Virus record (IMG/VR): IMGVR_UViG_3300037484_000435
Span: 64,001 to 128,000 of that record
Source: a virus
Taxonomy: Duplodnaviria > Caudoviricetes
Reading direction: 5' to 3' (one strand)
DNA: 64,000 bases
In this document: positions 16,817 to 27,600 of the stretch, piece after piece
How the letters are laid out: every line of letters begins with the position of its first letter
Position numbering within the stretch: position 1 is the first letter of the stretch
Notes under the pieces: generated by a model
What the model was told of the DNA's origin: nothing
The model's database searches: none
The model's input: only the letters and a program-made list of their open reading frames with translations
Position numbers and translations under genes: made by a program

Positions 16817-17461
16817 ATGAACGTCTTAGGTACGTCGAAAGCCTACACGAACCCCCGAGAGGATAATACTTTGTTTGATCGACCAGCAACAATCGTTGGC
16901 CTTGGAAATCCGGGACCAGACTATGAACACACACGTCACAATATAGGGTTCATGGTTTTGGATAAGTTGTCTAACAATGTGGGGTTTGGTTACTGGCCTT
17001 CAGTGGACAACGCTAAACTACACGCGATCGTAATCAACGAATGTCCTGTTCTCCTTGTTAAACCACAAACCTTTATGAACACTAGTGGTGAAGCTGTAAA
17101 ATTAGTTGCGGACGGCCTCGGCTCTGATGAAATCATTATCATACACGATGACCTAGACCTTCCTTTTGGTAGTGTAAGAATCAAGCGTGGTGGAAGTGAT
17201 GGGGGCCACCGAGGCATTCGTTCAATCATAAAAGAACTCGGTTCAAAAGATTTTATTCGAATTCGCCTAGGTATTGGGCACCCCCCTGAAGGAACAGATG
17301 TCCTAGACTTTGTCCTTTCTCCTTTCCTCCCAGAAGAACAAGAAACCTTAGATGAATTTGTAAGCAGGGGAAAAGAGGCAGTGGAACTTATCGTTCGTGA
17401 AGGTGTCTCATACGCACAGAACACACTGAACGGGATTAATATAAAGAATGGGGAGTGCTAA
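16817..17461 (+). CDS. pth: peptidyl-tRNA hydrolase
   Basis: IVGLGNPG...TRHNIGF, KPQTFMNTSG, HDDLDLPFG, GGHRGIRSI, RIRLGIGHP; true start may be slightly downstream. Confidence 0.95.
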   Translation: MNVLGTSKAYTNPREDNTLFDRPATIVGLGNPGPDYEHTRHNIGFMVLDKLSNNVGFGYWPSVDNAKLHAIVINECPVLLVKPQTFMNTSGEAVKLVADGLGSDEIIIIHDDLDLPFGSVRIKRGGSDGGHRGIRSIIKELGSKDFIRIRLGIGHPPEGTDVLDFVLSPFLPEEQETLDEFVSRGKEAVELIVREGVSYAQNTLNGINIKNGEC

Positions 17462-17761
17462 AGAGGAATGCACAAATGCTAGATTGGCTACCCAACACAA
17501 ACGAAGAAATGCAACCTGACGATTACTACAGGGCCGCGTTAGAAGTGACAGAAAATGGCTACTTGAGTTGGAAGTATATTGCTCCTAAGCACCACAAAAC
17601 AGAAAGCCCGCTTACAGCAATATCGTTTGAGCTAGAGGATACCGTATTTACGTGCAGAAAAAACAAAAAAGTTCTGATTAAAATACGATTAAACTCAGAA
17701 ACAGCGGAGGCACTGTGGTCTGTTATATACAAAAGTACACAATAAAATAGGGGAGATTTAA

Positions 17762-18118
17762 ATGTCTGACAACGATGAACTAAACAAGACTATAAAGAAC
17801 TACGTTCCGCCAACACCGAGTCCCAAGGTTTGTCCTGGGTGTGAGGGTAAAGGTTGGCAGGCGCGTAATGATGGAATGAGAGACACATGTCCTATGTGTG
17901 GGGGTACAGGTACCTTTATGCCAGCAGGCACAATCATCTTTACTGTTATGCCTCCCCAACCAGTCTACATAGTTCCTAACCCGCATGAAACACAACCGAG
18001 GCCCTCACCTGGATGGGAATATATGCCTCCCCCAACAGTAGACCCCTATCCGTGGGATCGACATTATACGGGGGATGACCCAAGGGATTGGCATGGACCA
18101 CCTAAAGTAATTTGTTAG
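17762..18118 (+). CDS. DnaJ-type zinc-finger protein with Pro-rich tail
   Basis: CPGCEGKG and CPMCGGTG motifs. Confidence 0.6.
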   Translation: MSDNDELNKTIKNYVPPTPSPKVCPGCEGKGWQARNDGMRDTCPMCGGTGTFMPAGTIIFTVMPPQPVYIVPNPHETQPRPSPGWEYMPPPTVDPYPWDRHYTGDDPRDWHGPPKVIC

Positions 18119-18125
18119 TTTGTAA

Positions 18126-18203
18126 GGGTCGCTAACTCAGTGGTATTAGAGTATCGCCCTTTTAAGGCGAGAGTCCTGGGTTCGAATCCCAGGCGACCCA
18201 CCA
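18126..18203 (+). tRNA. tRNA-Lys(TTT)
   Basis: GGGTCGC/GCGACCC, TCGCC-CTTTTAA-GGCGA, CTGGG-TTCGAAT-CCCAG, ACCA. Confidence 0.92.
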
Positions 18204-18251
18204 CAAAAGAAAGAAAGCAATATGGCTGACCTTGGGGGAGTACCTGAATAA

Positions 18252-18683
18252 ATGAACTCTGTATTCGCGAGAGAACTAGCAAATAGGGCACATGAAGGGC
18301 AGACTGATTTAGCAGGAGAACCTTACATAGGCCATATCTACACAGTCGTAGCAGGAGTAGAGTCTGAGGACGCTAAGACAGTTGCGTATCTGCACGATAT
18401 CGTAGAAGATACCCATTACACACTGGATGACCTACGGAACTACTTCCCCCCGCATATTGTGGATGCTGTGGAGCATCTAACGCGACGGGAGGGGGAATCT
18501 TACACGGACTTCATACGCCGAGTGAGACAAAACAAACTCGCAACTGAAGTGAAGGTGGCCGACCTCGAACATAACATGCTAATCAGACGTATCCCCACCC
18601 CTACAGCAAAAGACTACCAGCGTGTGGAAAAATATTATAAGGCTAGGCAAGAGCTTCTCAGAGAGGAAAAGCACAATGACTAA
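18252..18683 (+). CDS. small alarmone hydrolase (SpoT-type HD domain)
   Basis: AHEGQ...GEPYIGH, AYLHDIVEDT, VKVADLEHN. Confidence 0.85.
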   Translation: MNSVFARELANRAHEGQTDLAGEPYIGHIYTVVAGVESEDAKTVAYLHDIVEDTHYTLDDLRNYFPPHIVDAVEHLTRREGESYTDFIRRVRQNKLATEVKVADLEHNMLIRRIPTPTAKDYQRVEKYYKARQELLREEKHND

Positions 18684-18931
18684 CGCAAGAAAGATAATGC
18701 TTGAGGCTGTCAAAAAAATAAACTTAAAAATGCGTGAGTCACAAAGGGCTGTAGACATAGCTCGCCTGTATCACATAGCAGCACAATTAACCATAGCAAC
18801 CAGTACAAAAGAACCCCGCTCGGGTTACAGCTCAAGCAAAGACCAACAAGACTTATTCGCAAATCATTTTGTTTTTCTAGTTGACCACGCGATTGACTTG
18901 ATTGATTTAGAATTGCAAGGACAATAACTAT

Positions 18932-19408
18932 ATGGCATTAAAACCAAACGGCAAAAGGAAAATAGGAAAAATTAAAAACATTGCTCTGGTTGCTCACGAC
19001 TCCCGAAAGCCTGACATTCTGGAGTGGGCCAAGTTCAATCGAGGGAGCCTAGAAACACATAACCTCTGGGCCACAGGCACCACGGGAAAACTCTTGGAAA
19101 AGACATTGGGTTTAGAAATAAATAAACTTAAGAGCGGGCCCATGGGAGGGGACCAACAGATCGGGGCTATGATCGCTGAAAATAAACTAGATGCGGTTGT
19201 TTTCTTTTGGGACCCCCTATCCTCCCACGTGCACGATGTAGATATTAAGGCTCTGGTCCGAATAGCGGCAGTGCATAATATCATTATGGCCTGCGACCGA
19301 GCTACAGCAGATTTCGTTTTCTCTTCTCCGCTAATGCATTCAGAATACGAAATCATTATGAAGGACTACTCATCTTATATTGATAGGTTTGAGGACGGTC
19401 TAATTTAA
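18932..19408 (+). CDS. mgsA: methylglyoxal synthase
   Basis: IALVAHD, ATGTTG, SGPMGGDQQIG, FFWDP..HVHDVDIKALVRIA, ACDRATAD. Confidence 0.95.
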   Translation: MALKPNGKRKIGKIKNIALVAHDSRKPDILEWAKFNRGSLETHNLWATGTTGKLLEKTLGLEINKLKSGPMGGDQQIGAMIAENKLDAVVFFWDPLSSHVHDVDIKALVRIAAVHNIIMACDRATADFVFSSPLMHSEYEIIMKDYSSYIDRFEDGLI

Positions 19409-19463
19409 CAAAAATCGGAACTAATTACTAGATTCGAGAACCAAATTACTAAGGAAAAAGAAA

Positions 19464-19925
19464 TTGGATAAGACAAAGAAACAAATCGAGACCTTATTTA
19501 CAATGGTAAGGGAACGTAGCATGAGTCCCATGTGGAGCCACTACTACCGTACCAATAAAAGAGGACAAAAAGTATTAGCAGCTACTTCCTGTGTGTTGCT
19601 TAACGAAAACTTGAAACCAGTAAGTCGCGGAATCGCTGTGGTATCCCTAAAGGATAATGGTGCAAAAGCTTACGGCAGATTGCTTTCCCTAAAGAGAGCA
19701 TTCCGAGTAGTAGCTAGTGATAAAGTCGACACAACAGAACTACTATCTACCCGTAAGATTGAGGGGTTTTTAAGCTCCACTCAAAAGAAGCAGGCACGAC
19801 TTGACCCTGCAGACTGGGAATCTTACGTTACCGATCTAGAATATGATCGTATCGTCAGTAAAATCAAGCGTGACTCAAAATCTAAATTAGAAGCCTACCA
19901 AGCTTCAAAAGCGATGACTGTATAA
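19464..19925 (+). CDS. hypothetical protein
   Basis: 153-aa ORF with SD AAGGA; followed by hairpin GGTAGCCC/GGGCTACC. Confidence 0.6.
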   Translation: MDKTKKQIETLFTMVRERSMSPMWSHYYRTNKRGQKVLAATSCVLLNENLKPVSRGIAVVSLKDNGAKAYGRLLSLKRAFRVVASDKVDTTELLSTRKIEGFLSSTQKKQARLDPADWESYVTDLEYDRIVSKIKRDSKSKLEAYQASKAMTV

Positions 19926-20573
19926 CTGATAAAATTAGCGGAGAAAAGGTAGCCCTCATACGGGGCTACCTAAATAAATAATATAATAATCAAAGCCCTG
20001 TATACTAAACCCCTTTAGTAAAAGGGCTTTAGGTAAGTGTACCACTTACCCCACTATATATTAAAAGAGTGGTAGGGGAAATATATAAAAAGGTTGTTTA
20101 AATATACCTTCTGTGATTTTATTCCCCGTTACAAAAAAGGAGTTTACTGAAATGTAAGGATAAACAAAAAAGAAAGGTTGGTTATGTAGTGCAAGACAAA
20201 AGAATAATCTTGGTGATTTTAAAAGATAGAGACGAGTATTAACTTTAACTTAGGGGCAACCTAGCAGGAAAAAATTTGTCTCTCTCTATTTGGCACCAAG
20301 ACCGAAAGTATTATGGTAAGTCAGGCTTGAAAAGCACAAAACGGAACTCCCACTTACACGCAGATACCCGAACAGCTGTTAGCATGGTCTCAGTTTTTGG
20401 GCAGTTAGCAGGTATCCTACTTTGGGGATTTGTTAGTTACTTTTTAGGGTCTGGTAAGAGTAATCCGTATAATTTGCCAAAATAATACAAGGAGGTTTTT
20501 ATAGTTCTGAGTTTGTTGATTAATTGCTTGGATTTTTTACACTAAATTGATAATTAATTAAAAAATTGCTAAT
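19926..20573. other. AT-rich, hairpin-rich intergenic region (candidate origin or regulatory region)
   Basis: largest gap between plausible genes apart from the RNA array; inverted repeats AAAGCCCT/AGGGCTTT and others; precedes SSB-like and helicase genes. Confidence 0.35.
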
Positions 20574-21083
20574 TTGATTTATGGACGCGTGTTCGCACGC
20601 AAGGAGAATTGTGTTTTGTCGATGAATAAAGACGAATTTTATGTCAAAATTGTTGGTAACTTGATTACCGACCCCAAACTCGCAGAAGATGAGGAAGGAA
20701 ACAAAGTATGTTATTGCCGGATCGCTACTAACCCTAGGGCCAAGAAGGTAGATCCACGAACAGGGAAGACCCTGACCGAAAAGGAAAGAACTCGCTTGAG
20801 AACTTTCGCTGAACTTAAAATCCCCAAAACAGCTGCCGCAGAGAAGTTTTATGAAAACCTGCGGGACAAAGACCGTGTATGGATTGAAGGGGAAGGTGGT
20901 ACCAAACGAGTACCTAAAATGCTCTGGTCTGAAGAGGAAGGGCGTTACACCGAGTACCTAGTTGATGTTGATGGGGATGAAAAACATTACCAACCATTAC
21001 TCGAAGATCGTTTAGTTATTCGAGTTTATAGGTTTGGTAAGATAATAAAGCAAGACGAGAATTCGATCGCATCCTACGTTTAA
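20574..21083 (+). CDS. single-stranded DNA-binding-like OB-fold protein
   Basis: VKIVGNLITDPKL...CRIATN resembles the SSB N-terminus; start probably near 20616-20622. Confidence 0.6.
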   Translation: MIYGRVFARKENCVLSMNKDEFYVKIVGNLITDPKLAEDEEGNKVCYCRIATNPRAKKVDPRTGKTLTEKERTRLRTFAELKIPKTAAAEKFYENLRDKDRVWIEGEGGTKRVPKMLWSEEEGRYTEYLVDVDGDEKHYQPLLEDRLVIRVYRFGKIIKQDENSIASYV

Positions 21084-21127
21084 TGTATCCTAATGTAGTA
21101 TAGTAGACGACTACTTAGGAGGAAAAA

Positions 21128-22213
21128 ATGAGAGAATTGACTAATGAAGAGCGGATAGTAAAAGTAGTACATGTTGCTCAAAAATGGTTAGAACAGATAA
21201 TAGGAAACAGTTCGCTAGAAGAAGCGGTTCTCGAACTTGCATTTCTTAAAGCTACTGAGATATCTCAACAAATAACCCACGAGCTCCAGTTTAACCAACT
21301 CCAAGAAGAGGAATGGGTAGAAACATGGGTGCAGATAGGTATATTTGCTGGATTCATTTCTGGTTGTAACGCGTTCAAGTTTGTATCGAAAAGCGGACAA
21401 CCGGTATCTGACGCAGTAGCCTTCGATAACGCGACACAAGTCGCATACAAAATATCAGATAAGGTAATAGAACATTTAACTTCTGAGCCGAAGAGTGTAC
21501 TGGTTTCGGGGCTCCACGAAACACAGATAGCATTTATTAAAGAAGCTCTGGAACGTTCATTGTTTTCTGGTTACCTAGAAGGCATAGAATACGCAGGAGA
21601 GATTAGTAATAAAAGTTTAGCCTCTCTTGTTTTGGATCCAACTATAGAAGTATAAACTTCTATCTAGTAATAGGATAATGATAATGGCAAAAGTACTTAA
21701 GGTAGTAAAGAAGCCAGTAAGAGCTCTCGGAGAATACTTGCAGGCAAAAGCAGATAAAATGTTTGCTCGTAAACAACTCGACGAAGAGTATATTAAAACA
21801 CGTAAGGCAGCAGAGTGGCATCTACGGATGTGGGCTTGGCAAAAAACTACACCCGCTTGGAAACTTCCTGGTAATGAAGAGGAAGAACATAGAGCCATAG
21901 CATGCAAAAAAGTAAAATGTCCCCATCTACCTGCCGGTAGCGAGCAGTGCAGAGCTGGGACGTGCCCATAATAATATAAGGCACTCGGCACGGAGGCGGA
22001 TACCCCGTGTCACAAATGGAGGAAAAACATGGAATGATTAAACTTATGGTTTTTCTTTTCATCCTGATAACATTATCAGGATGTTCATGCGTACAGAAAG
22101 CGAGGCAACAATGCTACGAGGATTGTGAGAAACAAATTTGGGTCGGGAGTGTCCAACAGTATAGAGGACAATGCTCAGCATCTTGTGCTTACCAAATTTG
22201 TAACCCTTTCTGA
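21128..22213 (+). other. three hypothetical ORFs
   Basis: 21128-21655, 21678-21971, 22007-22213; first has an SD-occluding hairpin at 21088-21120. Confidence 0.55.
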
Positions 22214-22221
22214 GGAGGTAT

Positions 22222-23670
22222 ATGGTCAGGATTGTAATTGATAATTACACCCGAATTTCGGGCTTGCCGAGGAACGTCTTCGAAGAAGTAAGAAAAAGAT
22301 TGACCTACCCAAATCCTAAGTATGAGGAAGCCCTGAAGCACAGAAAGCGAGGCCGTGTCTGGGGAGAGCCAGCAACTATCCGTTCGTGGGACTACGATAA
22401 AGAAGAACAGGAAATACTATTACCACGAGGAGTCTTTCTGGAATTCATGGATTACATAGGTCGCTTGGGATTAGAATTTGAATTAATTGATAGACGTCAG
22501 AAAACACACATAAAAGTTCCTAAACAATTACTAAAACTCAGGTCCTACCAAGAGAAGTTGGCTTACGAAGGCTCCCTGTACCCCGGTCCTGGTTATATGC
22601 TGCAGTCACCTCCTGGAACGGGAAAAACAATCATGGCCTTGGAGTTAGCTCGACGCGAAGAACGAAAAACACTATGGGTTGTAAACAAGAATCCGTTAGC
22701 TATGCAAGCTTTGCATGCGGCGTCAGATGAAGCTGAAGTGCAAGTACTTGGACTACCTAAAAAAGAAATAGGTCTGATAGGGGCTGGTACCAAGAAACCT
22801 CGAATTGGTGAATTCTTAACTATCGCCACTATTCAAACTATCAATAGTAAGAAGGAAGAGTTCGCTCGATACAAGTATGAGTTCGGAACAATAATAATAG
22901 ACGAAGCCCACCATGCCCCCGCCGCTACTTGGAAGTCTTGTGCTCATATGTTCGCACCTAAGCTGACTATTGGATTGACAGCAACGTCTTATCGAACAGA
23001 TGGGCTGACCCAAATGCTATTCGATTGTATTGGACCAGTGGTTTCTATTGCGGATAAGGAATTGTTAAAGGCTGAAGGTGTTCTAGTAGTCCCGACCTAT
23101 TGTAACCTATACACTAACCTCCGTTACTTTGGGAAGTCTTTCAACGATATAGTCTCTAAACTCATCAACGACCCGAGACGCAATCATATCTTACTAAATG
23201 TTATACAAGAAGTGCTATCAGAAAATGACACAAACGTAGTACTCTTGATGAGCGGACGAGTAAGCCACGTTGAAGATTTATCAATGATGTGCTATAACGC
23301 GGGCCTATCACCGATTAAGTTAATCGGGACACTCAGTAAATTAGAGCGGAATTTAGCATTCGAACAATTAAAAGCAGGACGTCCTCGTCTATTAGTTTCT
23401 ACATACGATTTGTTATCAGAAGGATTCGACTACCCACCTATTAGTCATGTTGTTTACGGCACACCGTTTAAAAATGAAATACGTTTAGAACAGACTGTTG
23501 GGAGGGCACAACGAACCGAACCATTAAAACAAGAAGCTTGGATAATAGACCTCAATGATGAAAACCGAATGCTATACAAACAAGCAAATTTTAGAAGAGC
23601 ATACGCTACAGGCTTAGGAATGCCTGTAGTTGTTTACAACTCAAACATATTTCGGAGAGAGTATAAATGA
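22222..23670 (+). CDS. superfamily 2 DExH helicase (UvsW/ResIII-like)
   Basis: LRSYQ, PPGTGKT (Walker A), IIDEAHH, TAT, EGFDYP, QTVGRAQR. Confidence 0.9.
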   Translation: MVRIVIDNYTRISGLPRNVFEEVRKRLTYPNPKYEEALKHRKRGRVWGEPATIRSWDYDKEEQEILLPRGVFLEFMDYIGRLGLEFELIDRRQKTHIKVPKQLLKLRSYQEKLAYEGSLYPGPGYMLQSPPGTGKTIMALELARREERKTLWVVNKNPLAMQALHAASDEAEVQVLGLPKKEIGLIGAGTKKPRIGEFLTIATIQTINSKKEEFARYKYEFGTIIIDEAHHAPAATWKSCAHMFAPKLTIGLTATSYRTDGLTQMLFDCIGPVVSIADKELLKAEGVLVVPTYCNLYTNLRYFGKSFNDIVSKLINDPRRNHILLNVIQEVLSENDTNVVLLMSGRVSHVEDLSMMCYNAGLSPIKLIGTLSKLERNLAFEQLKAGRPRLLVSTYDLLSEGFDYPPISHVVYGTPFKNEIRLEQTVGRAQRTEPLKQEAWIIDLNDENRMLYKQANFRRAYATGLGMPVVVYNSNIFRREYK

Positions 23671-24617
23671 TATCATCAAAAATTAACAGCTTCAAGCAAG
23701 CTCTGCGTAGCGATAATACATGTGAGCTTACGCGGGAAGCCAAAGAAGCTATCATCAGTCTACTCCCCGCCTTACGGCCTTTAACCTTACAGTGTCTTCC
23801 TGAGACATGTAATCGCCAAGACTTTGAAGACGCGGAAGCAGATGCAATCGCTAATGGCGTAAGATACGCCCAAATATCCCTGAAATCCAACATGGATAGC
23901 AGGAGGTGGAGTAAGACAGAGTGGAGACGTAGACTTTACAGCAGGTTCTTAGACGCTGTGTTGGAAAGTGCTAGGTATTTATTGTATCCTATGAACATTC
24001 CCCGCCCGCTTCGCTTTAGTCTAAAGAAATACTCAGAAGCAGTATCCATCATACGGAAATATGCACATGAAGAGCAGATACACAGCTCCCACTTGTACCA
24101 AGCATTTTTCTATCATGAATGCAACCTACACAAGGTAAATAAATGCAGGATATGTGAGCTGGGGCTATCAGAGTGCCCAATCCTAGACATGGAAGCATCT
24201 GATATGATAAAGATACATAAGCTGCTCTCTGGGGCAAGAAAGAGTTTGACTTACTATGGTAAACTTTATCGGAAGTCTTACAAAGACTGGGTAAGAATAC
24301 TAGAGTCAGTTAAATCTCTGGCCGCCAGCTCTCTCTTATCACCAGATAAGGAGGTATTTCCTGACATGGATAAATACCTAGTACTGAAGCAGCTCAAAGA
24401 GAAGATGGTTGGCATACATCCCGACCTATTTGAAATTTATTGCCATGCAATGTCAGATGTTGATGTCAACAATCTAAACGTAACCCATACTGTGCAGACT
24501 CCGCGCGGTTGGTTGAATAAAGATATTAAAGACCGCTTTGGAATCGAATCTACTGAGTTTCGCTGTCTTCTTGAAGAAGGGGACAAGCTATTAAATGAAT
24601 TTAGGTCATATGAAGGA
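23667..24617 (+). CDS. hypothetical protein; exon 1 (after splicing ends LPPIQRRFWAKSA-stop at 26901)
   Basis: ORF is interrupted at a codon boundary by GTGCG at 24618; the annotated tail VRREVSIMIP is intron sequence. Confidence 0.65.
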
Positions 24618-27600
24618 GTGCGACGAGAAGTTTCGATAATGATTCCGTAATGGTTATTGCATTAGAATGCTTTAACTTAAACGGCCATCAAACTGCTGGT
24701 GCGTGCCTAGGGAAGCATGCGTTTATACATCATGTGTATAGGGGTGTGAAGCCTTCCTAACAATGTACCGAAACCTGCTAGCATTTAAGTGGATTAGGGC
24801 TAGGCAAAAAAAAAGTAATATGGTTAACGAAAGTGAACTGCTGTTTAAATTCCGTCAATGACAACAAGCCAAACATGCTGATAGGCTTGAACCAAAAGGT
24901 AAATGGGTAAACATAAATTTTCCTTCTATTTATGTTGCAGTTAATACTCCCATCGGAAAAGAGGCAGAACCTAAGTTACTCAAATTTATCATTATTGGAA
25001 AACTCGGTAAACCTGTTGAGGGGTTAGTGTATATGCATTAACACACCTGAGAGCAATCGGAGGTTATCTCTCAGCAGGTAAAGGATGTAGTAAAAAGCGA
25101 ATGCCTGCTTGTAACGAGCAGGATAGTTGATTTAATGTTGGTGGCGAAGAGAGTTGCACCCTTTGGGGAAAGCAGGCACGCTAAAACGTGTTGAATCGCA
25201 CCATCTGAAAGGGTGGGGACGTGGGTTCGAATCCTACCCAACATTATCATTCAATACTACGAAAGTAGGCTGACTTACTACTGGTCTCTCACTGCAGGAG
25301 CTTCTTGCAGATAACAAACTTTTGGAGGTACGCATTATGAATATACACAATAGTGTAGATTTGGCAACTTCCAGCAAATTCTCGACGTGGAGTCCAATTG
25401 AATTGGAAGAAGTCGAGAAGTTTGTTAGGAAACTGCAAGTTGCAATTGCAGAAGCAACTAAAGCTAGAAAATGGCATGAGGTTAGAAAACTCCAGTTCAA
25501 GCTGGTCAATTCTTTCCGTGCAAAATTACTCGCGGTTAAAGTTGTAACATCAAACAAAGGTAAAAACACTCCAGGTGTTGATGGTCAAACTTGGAATAGT
25601 AAAGCAGAAAAGCTGAATGGTGCCATAAGTCTTACGGCAACTGGGTATAAACCCTCCCCGTTAAGACGAGTAGAAATTCCAAAAAGAAACGGGAAAACGA
25701 GACCCCTAGGAATTCCTACCATGCGAGATCGAGCAATGCAGTATCTCTATAAACTCGCTTTAGAACCTGTTGCTGAAATTTTGGCAGATAAGGATAGTTA
25801 TGGGTTTCGTCCCAAACGCAGTTGCCAAGATGCAATAGACCAATGCTTCATCGTGTTTAGCAAGAAGTGGTCTGCCCAATGGGTTCTAGAAGGTGACATA
25901 GAGAAATGCTTTGATAAGATTTCGCACGAATGGCTACTAAACAATGTAGTAATGGATAAAACTATTTTAGGTAAATGGCTGAAGGCAGGGTTTGTGTGGA
26001 ACGGAGAATTATTTCCTACTGACGAGGGTACACCTCAAGGTGGGATTATATCACCTATTCTAGCAAATCTTGCTTTAGACGGCATTGAAGCTGAGCTAAC
26101 GTCTAAATTTGGAAGAAAAAGTGTAAGAAGAGTATCTCTTAAATTAAACGTTGTAAGATACGCAGATGATTTCATAATCTCCTGTTCTGATAAAGATGTT
26201 CTGGAAAAGGAAGTGAAACCTTTACTGGACAAATTCCTAGAGCAAAGAGGTTTGAAATTATCTGAAGAGAAAACAAAGATTACTCACATTGATGATGGAT
26301 TCGACTTTCTTGGATTTAATATCCACAAATATAAAGGAAAGTTACTCATCAAACCCGCTAAGAAGTCTGTCATCAGATTTCTGAGAGAAGTGAAAGAAAT
26401 CTTTAACTCTAATAAAACAATGATTCAAGGGGATATGATTCTGTTACTTAATCTGAAAATAAGGGGGTGGTGTAATTACTATAGGCACGTTGTGTCTGGT
26501 GATGCATTCTCCTACGTAGGATTTAGACTCTGGCAAATGTGCTGGAGATGGAGTGTTCGTAGGCATCCTAATAAGAGTAAGACATGGGTCAAAGATAAGT
26601 ATTTTAAGTCTGTAAAAGGAAGTAATTGGAGATTTGCGGATTTTGAAACAGAGGACTACCTAATAGTTCCTGCTTCTATACCTATCGAAAGACACATAAA
26701 GATTTTAAAGGATGCAGAAGTATTTAACCCCTCGTGGAACAAATACTTTGAAGAAAGATAAAGTTTGATGTTATTGAGAGGCTTGAGCTGTATGCGGTGA
26801 AAGTCGCACGTACAGTTCTTAGGGGAGGGTGGGCTAGTAATAGTCTGCTCTTACCCGACCTTCCCCCAATTCAAAGAAGATTTTGGGCAAAATCTGCTTA
26901 GCCCGAAACCATCTGAGAAAATAATAGAATGGCAAAAGGCTGGTCTTCTAAAGCGGTATATCCAGCCATTAGATAAATGTGTAGGAGTATTACAAGATAC
27001 AAAGTTTCATGTTGACGATGTATTTCAACATTGCATAAAGACATGCGATAACGTGCCTCCCATCTTGAGTCTAAGGTGGGCAGGGCTGTTACATGATACA
27101 GGAAAGGTGCCAACACGAGGTCATCACATACTATGTGGTTTAACCTATCCAAAGGAAAAGAAGGTTGTTTCATATTGTCGACGTAAAAAGAAGAGATGTT
27201 CCGCCAAATGTGAACATGCTATTGAGCGAATAACATTCTACAAACACGAGCTGGCTAGTGAGAAACTAGCAAAGGCAGTGCTAAAGATGTTTAAGGTGGA
27301 CCCTCAAGTATATGCAGAGGCAATGGGCCTGATCGCGAACCATATGTATATGTATGTGCGACGAGCAAAGATTTGTGTAATGATTCCGTAGTGATACGGC
27401 CAGAGAACTGCCTCTGCGTACCTAACCAAGCATGCGTTATTACATCCTGTGTAGTAGGGTATGGAGCCTTGGTGACAATGTAATTTATACTACGAGCATC
27501 AATGTGGTATAGATGCTAGGTAAAGAGAAAGCATGGTTAACGCAAGTGAACTACTAATAAACCTCGTTAACATGAACAGGCTAAAGATGCTGAAAAGCCT

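Noticed and set aside
24618-27391. Similar C-termini VRREVSIMIP and VRRAKICVMIP of ORFs 23667 and 27053 suggesting paralogy
   Set aside because: Both are translations of the homologous intron 5' ends, not protein sequence.
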